Virus record (IMG/VR): IMGVR_UViG_3300021961_000184
Span: 1 to 43,785 of that record
DNA: 43,785 nt
Reading direction: 5' to 3' (one strand)
From: a virus
Lineage: Duplodnaviria > Caudoviricetes
How positions within the stretch are numbered: position 1 is the stretch's first letter; each line of letters begins with the position of its first letter. Below, piece by piece: positions 8,629-17,290 of the stretch. The notes beneath the pieces are model-generated. The model saw nothing but the letters and a program-made list of their open reading frames with translations. It did not search any database and was not told the DNA's origin. A program made the translations under genes and the position numbers.

Positions 8629-10139
8629 CAGTAATACCTAACCTTTCTGCGCGGATAGATGGTTTCATTTTCATCTGTCGGCGCAACAATAAATCCGCCT
8701 TGGCGGAATCTCAGGAGGGCCTGACTACTGGAGTCAACGAGGTCGTCATGGTCGCCATTGGGGAAAGCTGCCAACTCTTCCATAACTTCCTCGGCCCACC
8801 GCCTGTCGGGACACCATACAAGACCTGATGCGAACATGTCCGATATGGCGTTCACGCGGGCAATCTTATCTGAACCCCGTGTCGGGGTATATTCCGATAT
8901 AGGGATGCCCATCTTCCTCATCTCATAGACCAGAGGGGCACCAGCAGCCTTTTTCTCGATGAGCAGAGTGTCAGGGTTCCATTCCTTCCACATCTCGTAG
9001 ACAGTCTTCTTCAGGGTAGGAAACTCCATCCTGTCCTTGAAGGCATCCAGCAACATGATGTTGGCAATGTCCTTCCCGTCTTCATTGACGGTATCAAAGA
9101 CACCCCAAGTGGTGCAGGCAGAGTAGTCGGCCCTGTTGTGCTTCTCAAAGGCCGTATCCCATGACTGGATCAGATACTTGCATTGCGGTGCCCTGTCTTC
9201 CCGCCAGATGCGCCACATGTCCCGCTTGATGATTGCCCCCTCTTCTGAGGTGGGGTTCTGCATGTACTGGGCGTTCCATTTGGAAACCGCCAACTCTTCC
9301 TTAACGGCTTCCAGCTCTTCCCTCTTCCAGAACTCCGGCCACAGCGGCTTCCCGGAGGGCATGATGGCAGGGAACTCAATCACTTCCCATTCATCGGAAT
9401 CCCGCGCTGCAGCACGATTCAGTATCTGCCCGGTCAGGTCTCTCTTCGACCAACGGGTCATCACAATCACAATGGCCCCGCCGGGCTGTAAACGCTGCCG
9501 GGGGCCCGAGGTATACCATTCGTATACCTTGTCATATACCCCGGGGTCTGTAGCGCCTTGGGTGGCTTCCTGCTCAGAATGTGGGTCATCGATGATCAGA
9601 AGGTCAGCACCCTTACCGGTCACCGCACCGCCAACACCGATAGCGAAGTAATCACCGCCCTTGCTGGTATTCCACCTGCCTGCCGCCTTGGAATCCGATG
9701 AAAGCTTGGTGTTGAAGATTTCCTGATAATCCTCGGAATCCACCAAGTTCCTGACCTTCCGGCCAAAGCCCACCGCAAGCTCTGCAGTGTGGGCGGTCTG
9801 GATGATCTTCTTCTCCGGATACTTACCCAAGAACCAGCTCGGCAGCAGGTAGGAGGCAAACTCCGACTTGGTATGACGGGGAGCCATGTTGATGATCAAC
9901 CGTTTCAGATCACCCTTCGCAACCCGCTCAAAGGCTTCTGCCATGATCTTGTGATGTCGGCCAGCAATAAACCCCGGCCACATGGACTTCACAAAGGGCA
10001 GGAACCTCTCCCTACATAGCTCCTGCTTGTGCAGTTTAAACAGCTGAAGAATCTTCCCCCGCTCAGGTGCGCGTTCCGGCAGCCTCTCCAAGAGCTGCCC
10101 ATACTTCTCAATCTCCTCCGATGAGAGGATTGCGCCCAT
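8628..10139 (-). CDS. terL: Terminase large subunit
   Basis: INMAPRHTKSE (Walker A variant), LLIIDDPH (Walker B), VMTRW, nuclease motifs QSWDTA and HDDLVDS. Confidence 0.95.
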   Translation of the reverse strand: MGAILSSEEIEKYGQLLERLPERAPERGKILQLFKLHKQELCRERFLPFVKSMWPGFIAGRHHKIMAEAFERVAKGDLKRLIINMAPRHTKSEFASYLLPSWFLGKYPEKKIIQTAHTAELAVGFGRKVRNLVDSEDYQEIFNTKLSSDSKAAGRWNTSKGGDYFAIGVGGAVTGKGADLLIIDDPHSEQEATQGATDPGVYDKVYEWYTSGPRQRLQPGGAIVIVMTRWSKRDLTGQILNRAAARDSDEWEVIEFPAIMPSGKPLWPEFWKREELEAVKEELAVSKWNAQYMQNPTSEEGAIIKRDMWRIWREDRAPQCKYLIQSWDTAFEKHNRADYSACTTWGVFDTVNEDGKDIANIMLLDAFKDRMEFPTLKKTVYEMWKEWNPDTLLIEKKAAGAPLVYEMRKMGIPISEYTPTRGSDKIARVNAISDMFASGLVWCPDRRWAEEVMEELAAFPNGDHDDLVDSSSQALLRFRQGGFIVAPTDENETIYPRRKVRYY

Positions 10140-10369
10140 TACAGACCGTTTACCTGATCAACCGTCTTGTCTGCCAACTGAATGCTGCGGAACTTCTTCG
10201 CCTTCAGGTTCAGATGTCCATCCTTTTTCAGGCGGTGAACCAGACGATGGATATTGCTCCTGCTTCGCAGTTGCAGACCCTTCGCAATATCATCATACGA
10301 AGGAGGGAAACCATGAACGATGATGTATTGCCTGATGAACTCCAGAACCACTGCGCTCTTTTTGGTCAT
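10139..10369 (-). CDS. Stand-alone LexA-type winged-HTH DNA-binding protein
   Basis: LEFIRQYIIVHGFPPSYDDIAKGLQLRSRSNIHRLVHRLKKDGHL...RSI; no C-terminal peptidase domain. Confidence 0.85.
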   Translation of the reverse strand: MTKKSAVVLEFIRQYIIVHGFPPSYDDIAKGLQLRSRSNIHRLVHRLKKDGHLNLKAKKFRSIQLADKTVDQVNGL

Positions 10370-10380
10370 GACCCTTCAAC

Positions 10381-10500
10381 CATTTTTTTAAAATATACCC
10401 CCCGGGGGGGGGATGGGACTCCTACGAACAAGTGATCGCATTCTCTGTGAGAACATTTAAACAGGCAAGCGTCTGGAAAAACAAAGGGGGGGGTGCGAAC
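10381..10500. other. Candidate packaging site / genome-end region
   Basis: T8-A4-TATA-C6-G9 (10383-10412) and G8 (10486-10493) in apparently non-coding DNA between the TerS-like gene and TerL. Confidence 0.35.
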
Positions 10501-10704
10501 AATTGATGGGAGTGTGTAATGGAATGTGGGGAATAATGCGTATAGGGCGCAGGGGTGCCATGCGCGCATTCGTGGGGGTGCCGGGTGGGTGGGGTCTGGC
10601 CGCAGAGCGGTGGTAAGTTCCGTCACCCCTGCGCTGCGAGGTGAACTCGGTGCCTAATCTAGGCACATGACGCACACACGAGAGCCATGCCCTGCAGCCA
10701 CGGT

Positions 10705-11346
10705 CTAGTGATCTGACTGCTGCTGATGCTGCGTCTTCTTCGCCTTGCGTATGGGGGTCACGTTATCCAGCAGGGACAGGCTAGACTGTAGCTCTGCTCT
10801 GAGGCGCTCAGGGGATACCTCTTCAACCTTCTGTTCCACCTTATCGGTGAACATACTGAAGGCTCTGCCCATTAGCTCTAGTGCCTTGATGCGCACTGCT
10901 GGTGGCACCTTGTCATTGGCAGCATGTCCCTGCAGTTCCTTCATGATGAACCGTCTGCCTGCCACGATGTCATCGATCAGGTTATCTGCGGCAGACTCCC
11001 AGACCGACTGGGTTAATGCTATCACCCTCGCATCCTTCATCAGTCTGCTGGCATTCGCACTTAACGTGTGTTCGCGTTCTGTTGTGACGTTATATGCCTG
11101 ACGATACGCTTCCCTCGGACTTTCCCCTTTCGCCACGAGTGCAGCGAAGCATCTCATCTTCGCAGTGATCCTCTTACTCGGGGAACCGTTAGTTCCCCTT
11201 GGTTTCCTTGTGTATGGATGTGTCTTTGGTATTACTGAGAGGGCGGCAGACCGCATCGCTTCGCTGAGATCACCCGCCGTTGCATTGTTCGTATCGGCGG
11301 TGCTGCTGTGAACGTCATCTGACGGGCTCGAACGCATATCATCCAT
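10705..11346 (-). CDS. terS: Terminase small subunit-like protein
   Basis: TAKMRCFAALVAKGESPREAYRQAY...ANASRLMKDARV HTH region and RIKALELMGR...MFTDKVE; upstream of TerL. Confidence 0.7.
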   Translation of the reverse strand: MDDMRSSPSDDVHSSTADTNNATAGDLSEAMRSAALSVIPKTHPYTRKPRGTNGSPSKRITAKMRCFAALVAKGESPREAYRQAYNVTTEREHTLSANASRLMKDARVIALTQSVWESAADNLIDDIVAGRRFIMKELQGHAANDKVPPAVRIKALELMGRAFSMFTDKVEQKVEEVSPERLRAELQSSLSLLDNVTPIRKAKKTQHQQQSDH

Positions 11347-11778
11347 CGCAGGCCATCCTTTTGTTTAAACGCACACCTGTCGGAGTGCATGCATCGTTTC
11401 TCGCATATGCAACCGTGAACGTCAACCGTTCGCTGTTACAGGGCAGGACAGGGGTCTGCACTAGGCCGACATCAGCAACGCTCTGACGGCCTTCCTGTGA
11501 GCTTTGGCATGTATTGCTGGTGGTCTACTGATCCTTCCCTGATCATTGATCTGCGCGTATACGTGAGGCGGGAAGCTGTCCGCCTTCGGCACAACACCGG
11601 CGCTGTCGGTGCGAACAAATACACAGTCCTCCCCTCAGCCCTCACTCAGCCAGCGCTCGGCATCCAGCACTCGTAAGCCACCCTAATTTTTGCCCCATTT
11701 TTTGGTGTTTAAACCGGCAAGGTTGACCAACCGGGGACATGCAATTATGCGAACAAAATCAAACAGTTGCATAAGGGG

Positions 11779-11808
11779 TTGCATGTTTAAATTGACTCAT
11801 GCTATTGT
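11779..11808 (+). promoter_or_regulatory. Sigma70-type promoter of the early operon/leader RNA
   Basis: TTGCAT-18 nt-TATTGT with extended -10 TG; GTTTAAAT lies in the spacer. Confidence 0.55.
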
Positions 11809-11810
11809 TT

Positions 11811-12410
11811 GGCCTGTTGTTGATGTTTTGTTGTAGTAGTAGTAGCAGGGGTTTCGGGGTCTGGGTGAACCAGACGGAAGGTCAGGCCGGTAGGCCGCAC
11901 CAGCAGTATCCCGAACACTGAACGGGCAGTCGCAAGACTGAACCCATGGTCTACCGGTTAAGCGGCCCACCTCCACCATGCATAGTGATCCTCTGGTTAG
12001 TCTGGGACAGACTGAAGCACCACGATCATCCCGATCAGCCTCTGGTGGTTGAGTATCTCAAGGTCATCGAAACCCGATGATGATGATGCCTGATGCTGTT
12101 GAACAGCCACCGCACAGTATTGCTCCTTGCGAAATGAATGAGTGCTGCCGCTCACGTGATGTGAACCGGCCAGACGCAACGCACCGGAGTCCTCCCTGCC
12201 TGCTGGCCAGTAGACGCGAGGCACCCTCTCTCACCGCACACCGTAGATGACTGATACGCCCCACTCGAAGGGGCAGAGATGCGAAGAAGCAAGCACAGCA
12301 GCGCAACGCCCACCACCTACCATATCGGGGGCACTGCGCTGTGACGCTATCACTGAACAGAGTTTCAGTCCCTGCCCTTCGGGGCAGTGGCGGACGCTTT
12401 GTCCGATCAC
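11811..12410 (+). ncRNA. Candidate large structured RNA / 5' leader
   Basis: About 600 nt without a convincing ORF; many stems including GCAA and cUUCGg tetraloops and long-range helices. Confidence 0.55.
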
Positions 12411-12426
12411 AACAACGGAGGCAACA

Positions 12427-12999
12427 ATGGAAAACATTCTTACGAGAGAACAATGGCTGTCTAGTCTGGTCGCTGAACTGCGGCCGGTGTTTCAATCAAT
12501 CGGGCACCCGCTGCCTGACCGCATTCGTGTCACATGCGGCTTCCCCAGCAAGGCCGCTCGCTCTGACAAGGCGCGCCGCATCGGTGAGCACTGGTCACCC
12601 AAGGCCAGCGATGACCAGACCCACGAGATTCTCATCTCGCCGGTCATCGATGACCCCATCGAGGCGTCTGCAGTTCTTGTGCATGAGCTTGCTCATGCAG
12701 CAACGGACGGTGACGGGCACAAGGGGCGGTTCCCTCGTGTGGTCACTGCCCTGCACCTTGAGGGCAAGCCGTCCGCCACCACGGCGGGTGACAAGTTCAG
12801 GGCGGAATTCGGTGCCCTGATCGACTCACTGGGGGCATATCCGCATGCCCGTTTAAACGTCTCGGGCAGGAAGGTGCAGAGCACCCGACTGCTCAAGGCA
12901 TGCTGCCCAGCCTGTGGTTACACGGTGCGGGTGACTCAGAAGTGGGCGCAGCAAGGCTTGCCGGTATGCCCAACCGATGGCAGCACCTTTGTAATCTAA
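12427..12999 (+). CDS. SprT-like zinc metalloprotease
   Basis: HELAH (HExxH), downstream GHKGRF, C-terminal CPACG...CP; GGAGG RBS before MENIL. Confidence 0.8.
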   Translation: MENILTREQWLSSLVAELRPVFQSIGHPLPDRIRVTCGFPSKAARSDKARRIGEHWSPKASDDQTHEILISPVIDDPIEASAVLVHELAHAATDGDGHKGRFPRVVTALHLEGKPSATTAGDKFRAEFGALIDSLGAYPHARLNVSGRKVQSTRLLKACCPACGYTVRVTQKWAQQGLPVCPTDGSTFVI

Positions 13000-13025
13000 T
13001 CACTCTCAAAAACGGAGGCTCTAAA

Positions 13026-14540
13026 ATGAACAACGCTCAATTTGAAAGACAGTTATCCATCACGCCCCTGTCCGTGCTGAACACTGTGGCAGAGCAGCAT
13101 GGTCTTCCCCGCTCCGCCGTAAAGGCAGAGCAGATCGACAGGGTTCGCACCCTGATCAATCAGGGGCGCATCACGCTTGATCAGGTCAAGCAGACGATCC
13201 CCACGGCGGCAGGGGTCACCGTCACCGCGCCTGCCATCAACCCTCCCGCCAACAACGCGGCGGTGAAGGAGTTGGCGGATCTCGCCATCAAGCAGAACGA
13301 GGAGATCATCAGACTGCAGGGTCAGCTTGTTACCTTGCAGCACGAGGCGGGAACGATCACCGCTGATGTTGCGAACATCAGCACCAAGGTGGCCGATACC
13401 GCCAACGAGGTGCAGCAGAAGGTTGCTGCCGCCGAAGCTCGTCTTGAGCGCAAGCTCAAGGCTGTTGGCGTAAGCGATGAGGCAGTAGATAAGGCGGTGT
13501 CTGCCGCCGTGTCGGATGCCTTTGCCAAGTTTCGCAAGGCGGTTCCCGCCAAGCGGCTGGCTGAGGTGGCTGCAGCCCTACCCCCCGCAGTGCAGGTTAA
13601 GACTGCCGCCGAGGTATTCGGTGAGGATGCATGCCGCTACGAGGCGGTGGACTTCGGCAGTTTAAACGTGCATGTCTGGGGTCACCCCGATGCACCGGCT
13701 CTGGTGCCTGACTACGTGTTCGCACCTGAACACCTGCATCAGGCGCTGCTGGCGTTATCCGACAAGCTGCCCGATAACGTCTGGCTTGCCGGTGAGCGTG
13801 GCACTGGCAAGACCGAGTTCGTCACCCAGTTGGCGGCTCGGTTGCAGCGTCCGCTGTTCAGAGTGAACTTCGATGAGGCGCTCGAACGCGCCGACTTCAT
13901 TGGTGCGAACACCATCGAAGGCGGCAACGTGGTCTGGAAGGGCGGGATAATCGCCCAAGCCATTCAGGTTCACGGTGCCATCATCCTGCTCGATGAGATC
14001 GGCTTCGCTCGGGCGCAGTCGGTGGCGGTGTTGCACTCACTCTGTGAGCGCAGCCCTCATCGTGCGTTGACGGTGAGCGAGACGGGTGCCCGTATCCCTG
14101 TTGCCGATGACGTGGCGTTCTTCTGCTGCGACAACAGCAACGGGCACGGGGACAGCAAAGGGAACTTTGCCGGTGTGCGCGAGCAGAACAGCGCGTTCAT
14201 CGATCGCTTCAGCTACACGCTGGAGTTCGATTACCTGCCTCCCGCCAAGGAAGCGGCGCTGATCGTGGCACGTACTGACCTGCCTCTGGCGGCGGCGAAC
14301 CTCATCGTTCGCTTCGCCAACGTGGCGCGTCAGAAGGCGGCGGCTGGTGTCATCAGTCAGCCTCCTTCGCTCAGGCAGTTGTTCGCTTGGGCTCGTGCTG
14401 TAGGTAAGGGGTTGCCGAATGCGATTGCGTTCCGCAACGCAGTAATCAACAAGTTTCCCGAGGACTGCTCGGGTGAATTGCAAGGTATCTTCCTTGCCGA
14501 AATCAACGAAGCGGACTTCATCGCCGCACTGGAGGGTTAA
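13026..14540 (+). CDS. MoxR/CobS/CbbQ-type AAA+ ATPase with N-terminal coiled coil
   Basis: GERGTGKT, ILLDE, NSAFIDRF, PSLRQL; GGAGG RBS before MNNAQ. Confidence 0.85.
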   Translation: MNNAQFERQLSITPLSVLNTVAEQHGLPRSAVKAEQIDRVRTLINQGRITLDQVKQTIPTAAGVTVTAPAINPPANNAAVKELADLAIKQNEEIIRLQGQLVTLQHEAGTITADVANISTKVADTANEVQQKVAAAEARLERKLKAVGVSDEAVDKAVSAAVSDAFAKFRKAVPAKRLAEVAAALPPAVQVKTAAEVFGEDACRYEAVDFGSLNVHVWGHPDAPALVPDYVFAPEHLHQALLALSDKLPDNVWLAGERGTGKTEFVTQLAARLQRPLFRVNFDEALERADFIGANTIEGGNVVWKGGIIAQAIQVHGAIILLDEIGFARAQSVAVLHSLCERSPHRALTVSETGARIPVADDVAFFCCDNSNGHGDSKGNFAGVREQNSAFIDRFSYTLEFDYLPPAKEAALIVARTDLPLAAANLIVRFANVARQKAAAGVISQPPSLRQLFAWARAVGKGLPNAIAFRNAVINKFPEDCSGELQGIFLAEINEADFIAALEG

Positions 14541-14542
14541 TC

Positions 14543-15580
14543 ATGCAAGGTTTAAACGCTAAACGTGGCATCGAAGCCACATTCGAGAAGGTCATCCTCG
14601 CTGCTGGTCTCCCCGCCCGATTCATTCAGGTGCGGTGGGGCGGCAACGGGGCGGCTGTTATCAATGATGTTTCCCGTGGCACCATCCTGATTTTGCCGAA
14701 CGTCAGCGACACGGCGGAGATCAGCAAGGTGCAGTTCTCCAACCTTGTCGGCTATGCGATTCATGAGTATGGTCATGTCCGCTATACGCAATCACCCGAC
14801 TGGAAGGCGGCTGTCGATGCGGCAGGCAAGGATGGGCACCTGCTGCATCGGCTCATTAACGGGCTGGAAGACCCGCGCATCGAACAGTGCGTCATCAAGT
14901 CTGGCCACTGCGCGAATGCACGTGTGCTGTTTGAGGCCTTGCTGTCTAGCATCCTGCTGAAAGACTACAAGGGCGGCGACTACGTTGATCCCAATGACGT
15001 AGGCAACATCGCCTTCCAGCTTGCGGTTGAGGGGCGCAGACTGAACGGGTATTCGATCCCGTGCGCTCCGGTCTATCAGCGCAGCAAGTATGGCCGTGCG
15101 ATAGAGCAGGCGCTCCGCAAGGGTCAGTCATGCACCAGCACCGCCGAGATAATTGATGTGGCCAAAGAGTTGCTGGCCGCAATCAAGGATCAACAGCAGC
15201 AGGATCAGCAGCAGGATCAGCAGCAGGATCAGCAGCAGGATCAACCCCAAGATCATGACGATGATCAGCGGGGCGATCAGCAGGGGGATGACGCCGATGC
15301 CGGTGATGATGCTGGCGATGGTGCCGGTGATGATGCTGGCGATGGTGATGGTGATGGTGATGCAGACGGCGATGGTGCCGGTAACGATGCCGGTAATGAT
15401 GCCGGTAATGGTGACGCAGACGGCGGTGGCGGTGGTGGTGGCGGCAGTGGCAAGGGTGAAGTGAGCATTGAGCCAAGCGATTCAATCGGTTCAGTGTTCG
15501 CAGATGCCGGTGTCATCGACGGTTTTACTGCGCCGCGCATTACTTCAACACGCAAAACTCTTACATTCGCGGAGGCTTAA
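14543..15580 (+). CDS. CobT-like N-terminal metallopeptidase-type domain with acidic low-complexity tail
   Basis: HEYGH, NGLEDPRIE; QQQD and GDDA repeats. Confidence 0.75.
   Translation: MQGLNAKRGIEATFEKVILAAGLPARFIQVRWGGNGAAVINDVSRGTILILPNVSDTAEISKVQFSNLVGYAIHEYGHVRYTQSPDWKAAVDAAGKDGHLLHRLINGLEDPRIEQCVIKSGHCANARVLFEALLSSILLKDYKGGDYVDPNDVGNIAFQLAVEGRRLNGYSIPCAPVYQRSKYGRAIEQALRKGQSCTSTAEIIDVAKELLAAIKDQQQQDQQQDQQQDQQQDQPQDHDDDQRGDQQGDDADAGDDAGDGAGDDAGDGDGDGDADGDGAGNDAGNDAGNGDADGGGGGGGGSGKGEVSIEPSDSIGSVFADAGVIDGFTAPRITSTRKTLTFAEA
15194..15241 (+). repeat. 12-bp coding tandem repeat (CAGCAGCAGGAT)x4
   Basis: Four exact copies encoding QQQD, followed by degenerate G/D/A codon repeats to about 15450. 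Confidence 0.9.
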
Positions 15581-16399
15581 ATGGAACAGCACAAAATTTA
15601 TGGGTCAAAGTCATTCGCAGAGAGCGCCTTCTGGGCTGCAACCAAGCAGCAGTTCGCCGGTATCGGCGCAACGAAGGCCGCTCTTCGCAAGCTGCTCATC
15701 AGCGTAGACAATGTCGGCTGGTCTCGGCGCGAAGAGACGGGCAGGGTTGATCGCCGCGCATTCTCCCGCTTCGCTGCGGGTGAACGCGCTGTGTTCTCCC
15801 GCCGCGAATACAAGGAAGCCAACCGCTCTGCGGTCAGTATCCTTGTTGACGTTAGCGGCAGCACGTTTCAGGACGTTGCTGGTTCCACTGGGGTTAAGCG
15901 CATCGATGTATTTTCGGTGGTAACCGCCAACCTCGCCAAGCTGCTCGACGAGTGCAACGCATCCGTATCGGTTACTGCCTTCACTGGTGACCGGTATCAA
16001 GATGCAAGCGGCGATGCCGAGCGGGTTACCTTCATTGACCTGAAGGGGTTCAACCAGTCGTTGCGCAGTGCTGCCTGCAATATCGGCGCATTGCCAACGC
16101 TCTCTCGTGGATGCACACCTGACTACGCGTCAGTGTACGAAACGCTGGTTCAGCTGTCTCAGCGCAGCGAGGAACGTAAGGTTCTGATCCTGATCACTGA
16201 TGCCGATGCATTCATCACCGGCAACCATCGACAGATCGAGAAGCTTGCCGACAAGCTGGGTGTGGTCATCATTGCCTTGTGCATCGGCGGTGATATCAGA
16301 AAGTGCTATACACATCATGCGAACGTGAAGAGCGCAGCGGAGTTATTCAGCGGCGCATTCAACAAGCTGCTTAACGCAATACGAAAGGACAAGCTATGA
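15581..16399 (+). CDS. VWA-domain protein (CobT C-terminal-like)
   Basis: MIDAS DVSGS, GCTPD, LILITD; N-terminal ETGRVDRRAF. Confidence 0.8.
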   Translation: MEQHKIYGSKSFAESAFWAATKQQFAGIGATKAALRKLLISVDNVGWSRREETGRVDRRAFSRFAAGERAVFSRREYKEANRSAVSILVDVSGSTFQDVAGSTGVKRIDVFSVVTANLAKLLDECNASVSVTAFTGDRYQDASGDAERVTFIDLKGFNQSLRSAACNIGALPTLSRGCTPDYASVYETLVQLSQRSEERKVLILITDADAFITGNHRQIEKLADKLGVVIIALCIGGDIRKCYTHHANVKSAAELFSGAFNKLLNAIRKDKL

Positions 16400-16842
16400 A
16401 CAATCTCGTGGAACGTATCAAGGCGCAATACAAGCTGGATTGGCATGGCACCCACGGCTGGCCGCACTGGGTGAACGTGAACAGGGCAGGGCAGCAGATT
16501 GCCCTGTATCACGGTTTAAACGCCAACGTCATCCAGTTGTTCTCAATTTTCCATGACGCATGTCGGGAGAATGAATGCGATGACGAGGGGCACGGGCGGC
16601 GGGGTGCGGAGTTGGCGTTTAAACTACGCAACGATTACCCAATACTGCGGGAGTTGAGTCAAGAGGATTTTGATTCACTCTATGTAGCGTGTGCCGAACA
16701 CACTGACGGCAAGACTACAAGCGACCTGCTGATCGGTGCCTGCTGGGATGCAGATCGCTTGGACTTGGGTAGGGTGGGTATCAAGCCCAATGTTCGGTAT
16801 CTATCCACTGACGCTGGCAAGTCTATTGCCAGAGGCCTTTGA
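16396..16842 (+). CDS. HD-domain phosphohydrolase
   Basis: HGWPHW, FHDACR, HGRRGA, CWDADRLDLGRVG. Confidence 0.8.
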   Translation: MNNLVERIKAQYKLDWHGTHGWPHWVNVNRAGQQIALYHGLNANVIQLFSIFHDACRENECDDEGHGRRGAELAFKLRNDYPILRELSQEDFDSLYVACAEHTDGKTTSDLLIGACWDADRLDLGRVGIKPNVRYLSTDAGKSIARGL

Positions 16843-16864
16843 CACTAGTTGATGGGAGGTAAAG

Positions 16865-17137
16865 ATGAAAAACGAAAACGAAGATTTTTTCAAAACGGTC
16901 AGAAAGATTAAACTATCAATGATCAAAAATTTGAGGGAAGACAAATCAATTCAATGGGAGAAAAAATCACTTGATCAAGTTGAAATGGATTCATTGTCGG
17001 GCGCAATTGTTTTTGCGCTTGCGGATTTGACCGGAAATCTTGCGGCCAGCGCAGACCTACCGCCGTCAGCAATTTTTCAGGTCATGCTGGATGGTTACGA
17101 AACGCAGAGAAACAGGGGAGACGAGGTCATTCACTGA
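16865..17137 (+). CDS. Hypothetical protein
   Basis: 90-aa ORF with GGGAGG RBS. Confidence 0.6.
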   Translation: MKNENEDFFKTVRKIKLSMIKNLREDKSIQWEKKSLDQVEMDSLSGAIVFALADLTGNLAASADLPPSAIFQVMLDGYETQRNRGDEVIH

Positions 17138-17150
17138 TTGGGAGGTAGTG

Positions 17151-17249
17151 ATGAAAAATCTGATACAAATCGTTGGCTCAGCGCTGCTTGCGGTGGCGCT
17201 GTCTTGGCTCTTCTTTGTGATAGTTCTCTCGCTGGAAGTGCCGAGATAA
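17151..17249 (+). CDS. Small membrane peptide (32 aa)
   Basis: GGGAGGT RBS; MKNLIQIVGSALLAVALSWLFFVIVLSLEVPR. Confidence 0.6.
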   Translation: MKNLIQIVGSALLAVALSWLFFVIVLSLEVPR

Positions 17250-17261
17250 TTTAATAATATC

Positions 17262-17290
17262 GGGGGGGCTTCGGCCCCCCTTCTTTTTTT
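17262..17290 (+). terminator. Rho-independent terminator between convergent operons
   Basis: GGGGGGC-TTCG-GCCCCCC followed by TTCTTTTTTT. Confidence 0.9.

Noticed and set aside
2973-9651. Long plus-strand ORFs opposite the capsid, portal and terminase genes
   Set aside because: Antisense shadows of codon-biased genes, with no RBS or motifs.
10366-10675. Pro-rich minus-strand ORFs between TerS and the LexA-like gene
   Set aside because: Composition reflects G/C homopolymer runs; no RBS or recognisable motif.
11728-11755. TGTTCGCATAA as the XerC arm of a dif site
   Set aside because: No XerD arm at 6-bp spacing; better explained as the TGCGAACA operator.
11811-12410. Hammerhead ribozyme, tRNA or group II intron in the long leader
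   Set aside because: By eye I found no CUGANGA/GAAA core in a three-way junction, no T-loop cloverleaf and no domain V.
15153-15555. His-rich, Met-rich and Pro/Ser-rich ORFs
   Set aside because: Alternative-frame shadows of the low-complexity tail of ORF 14543-15580.
13026-16399. Cobaltochelatase cobS/cobT as auxiliary metabolic genes
   Set aside because: No cobN or other cobalamin genes; the motifs only support a generic MoxR AAA+/VWA system.
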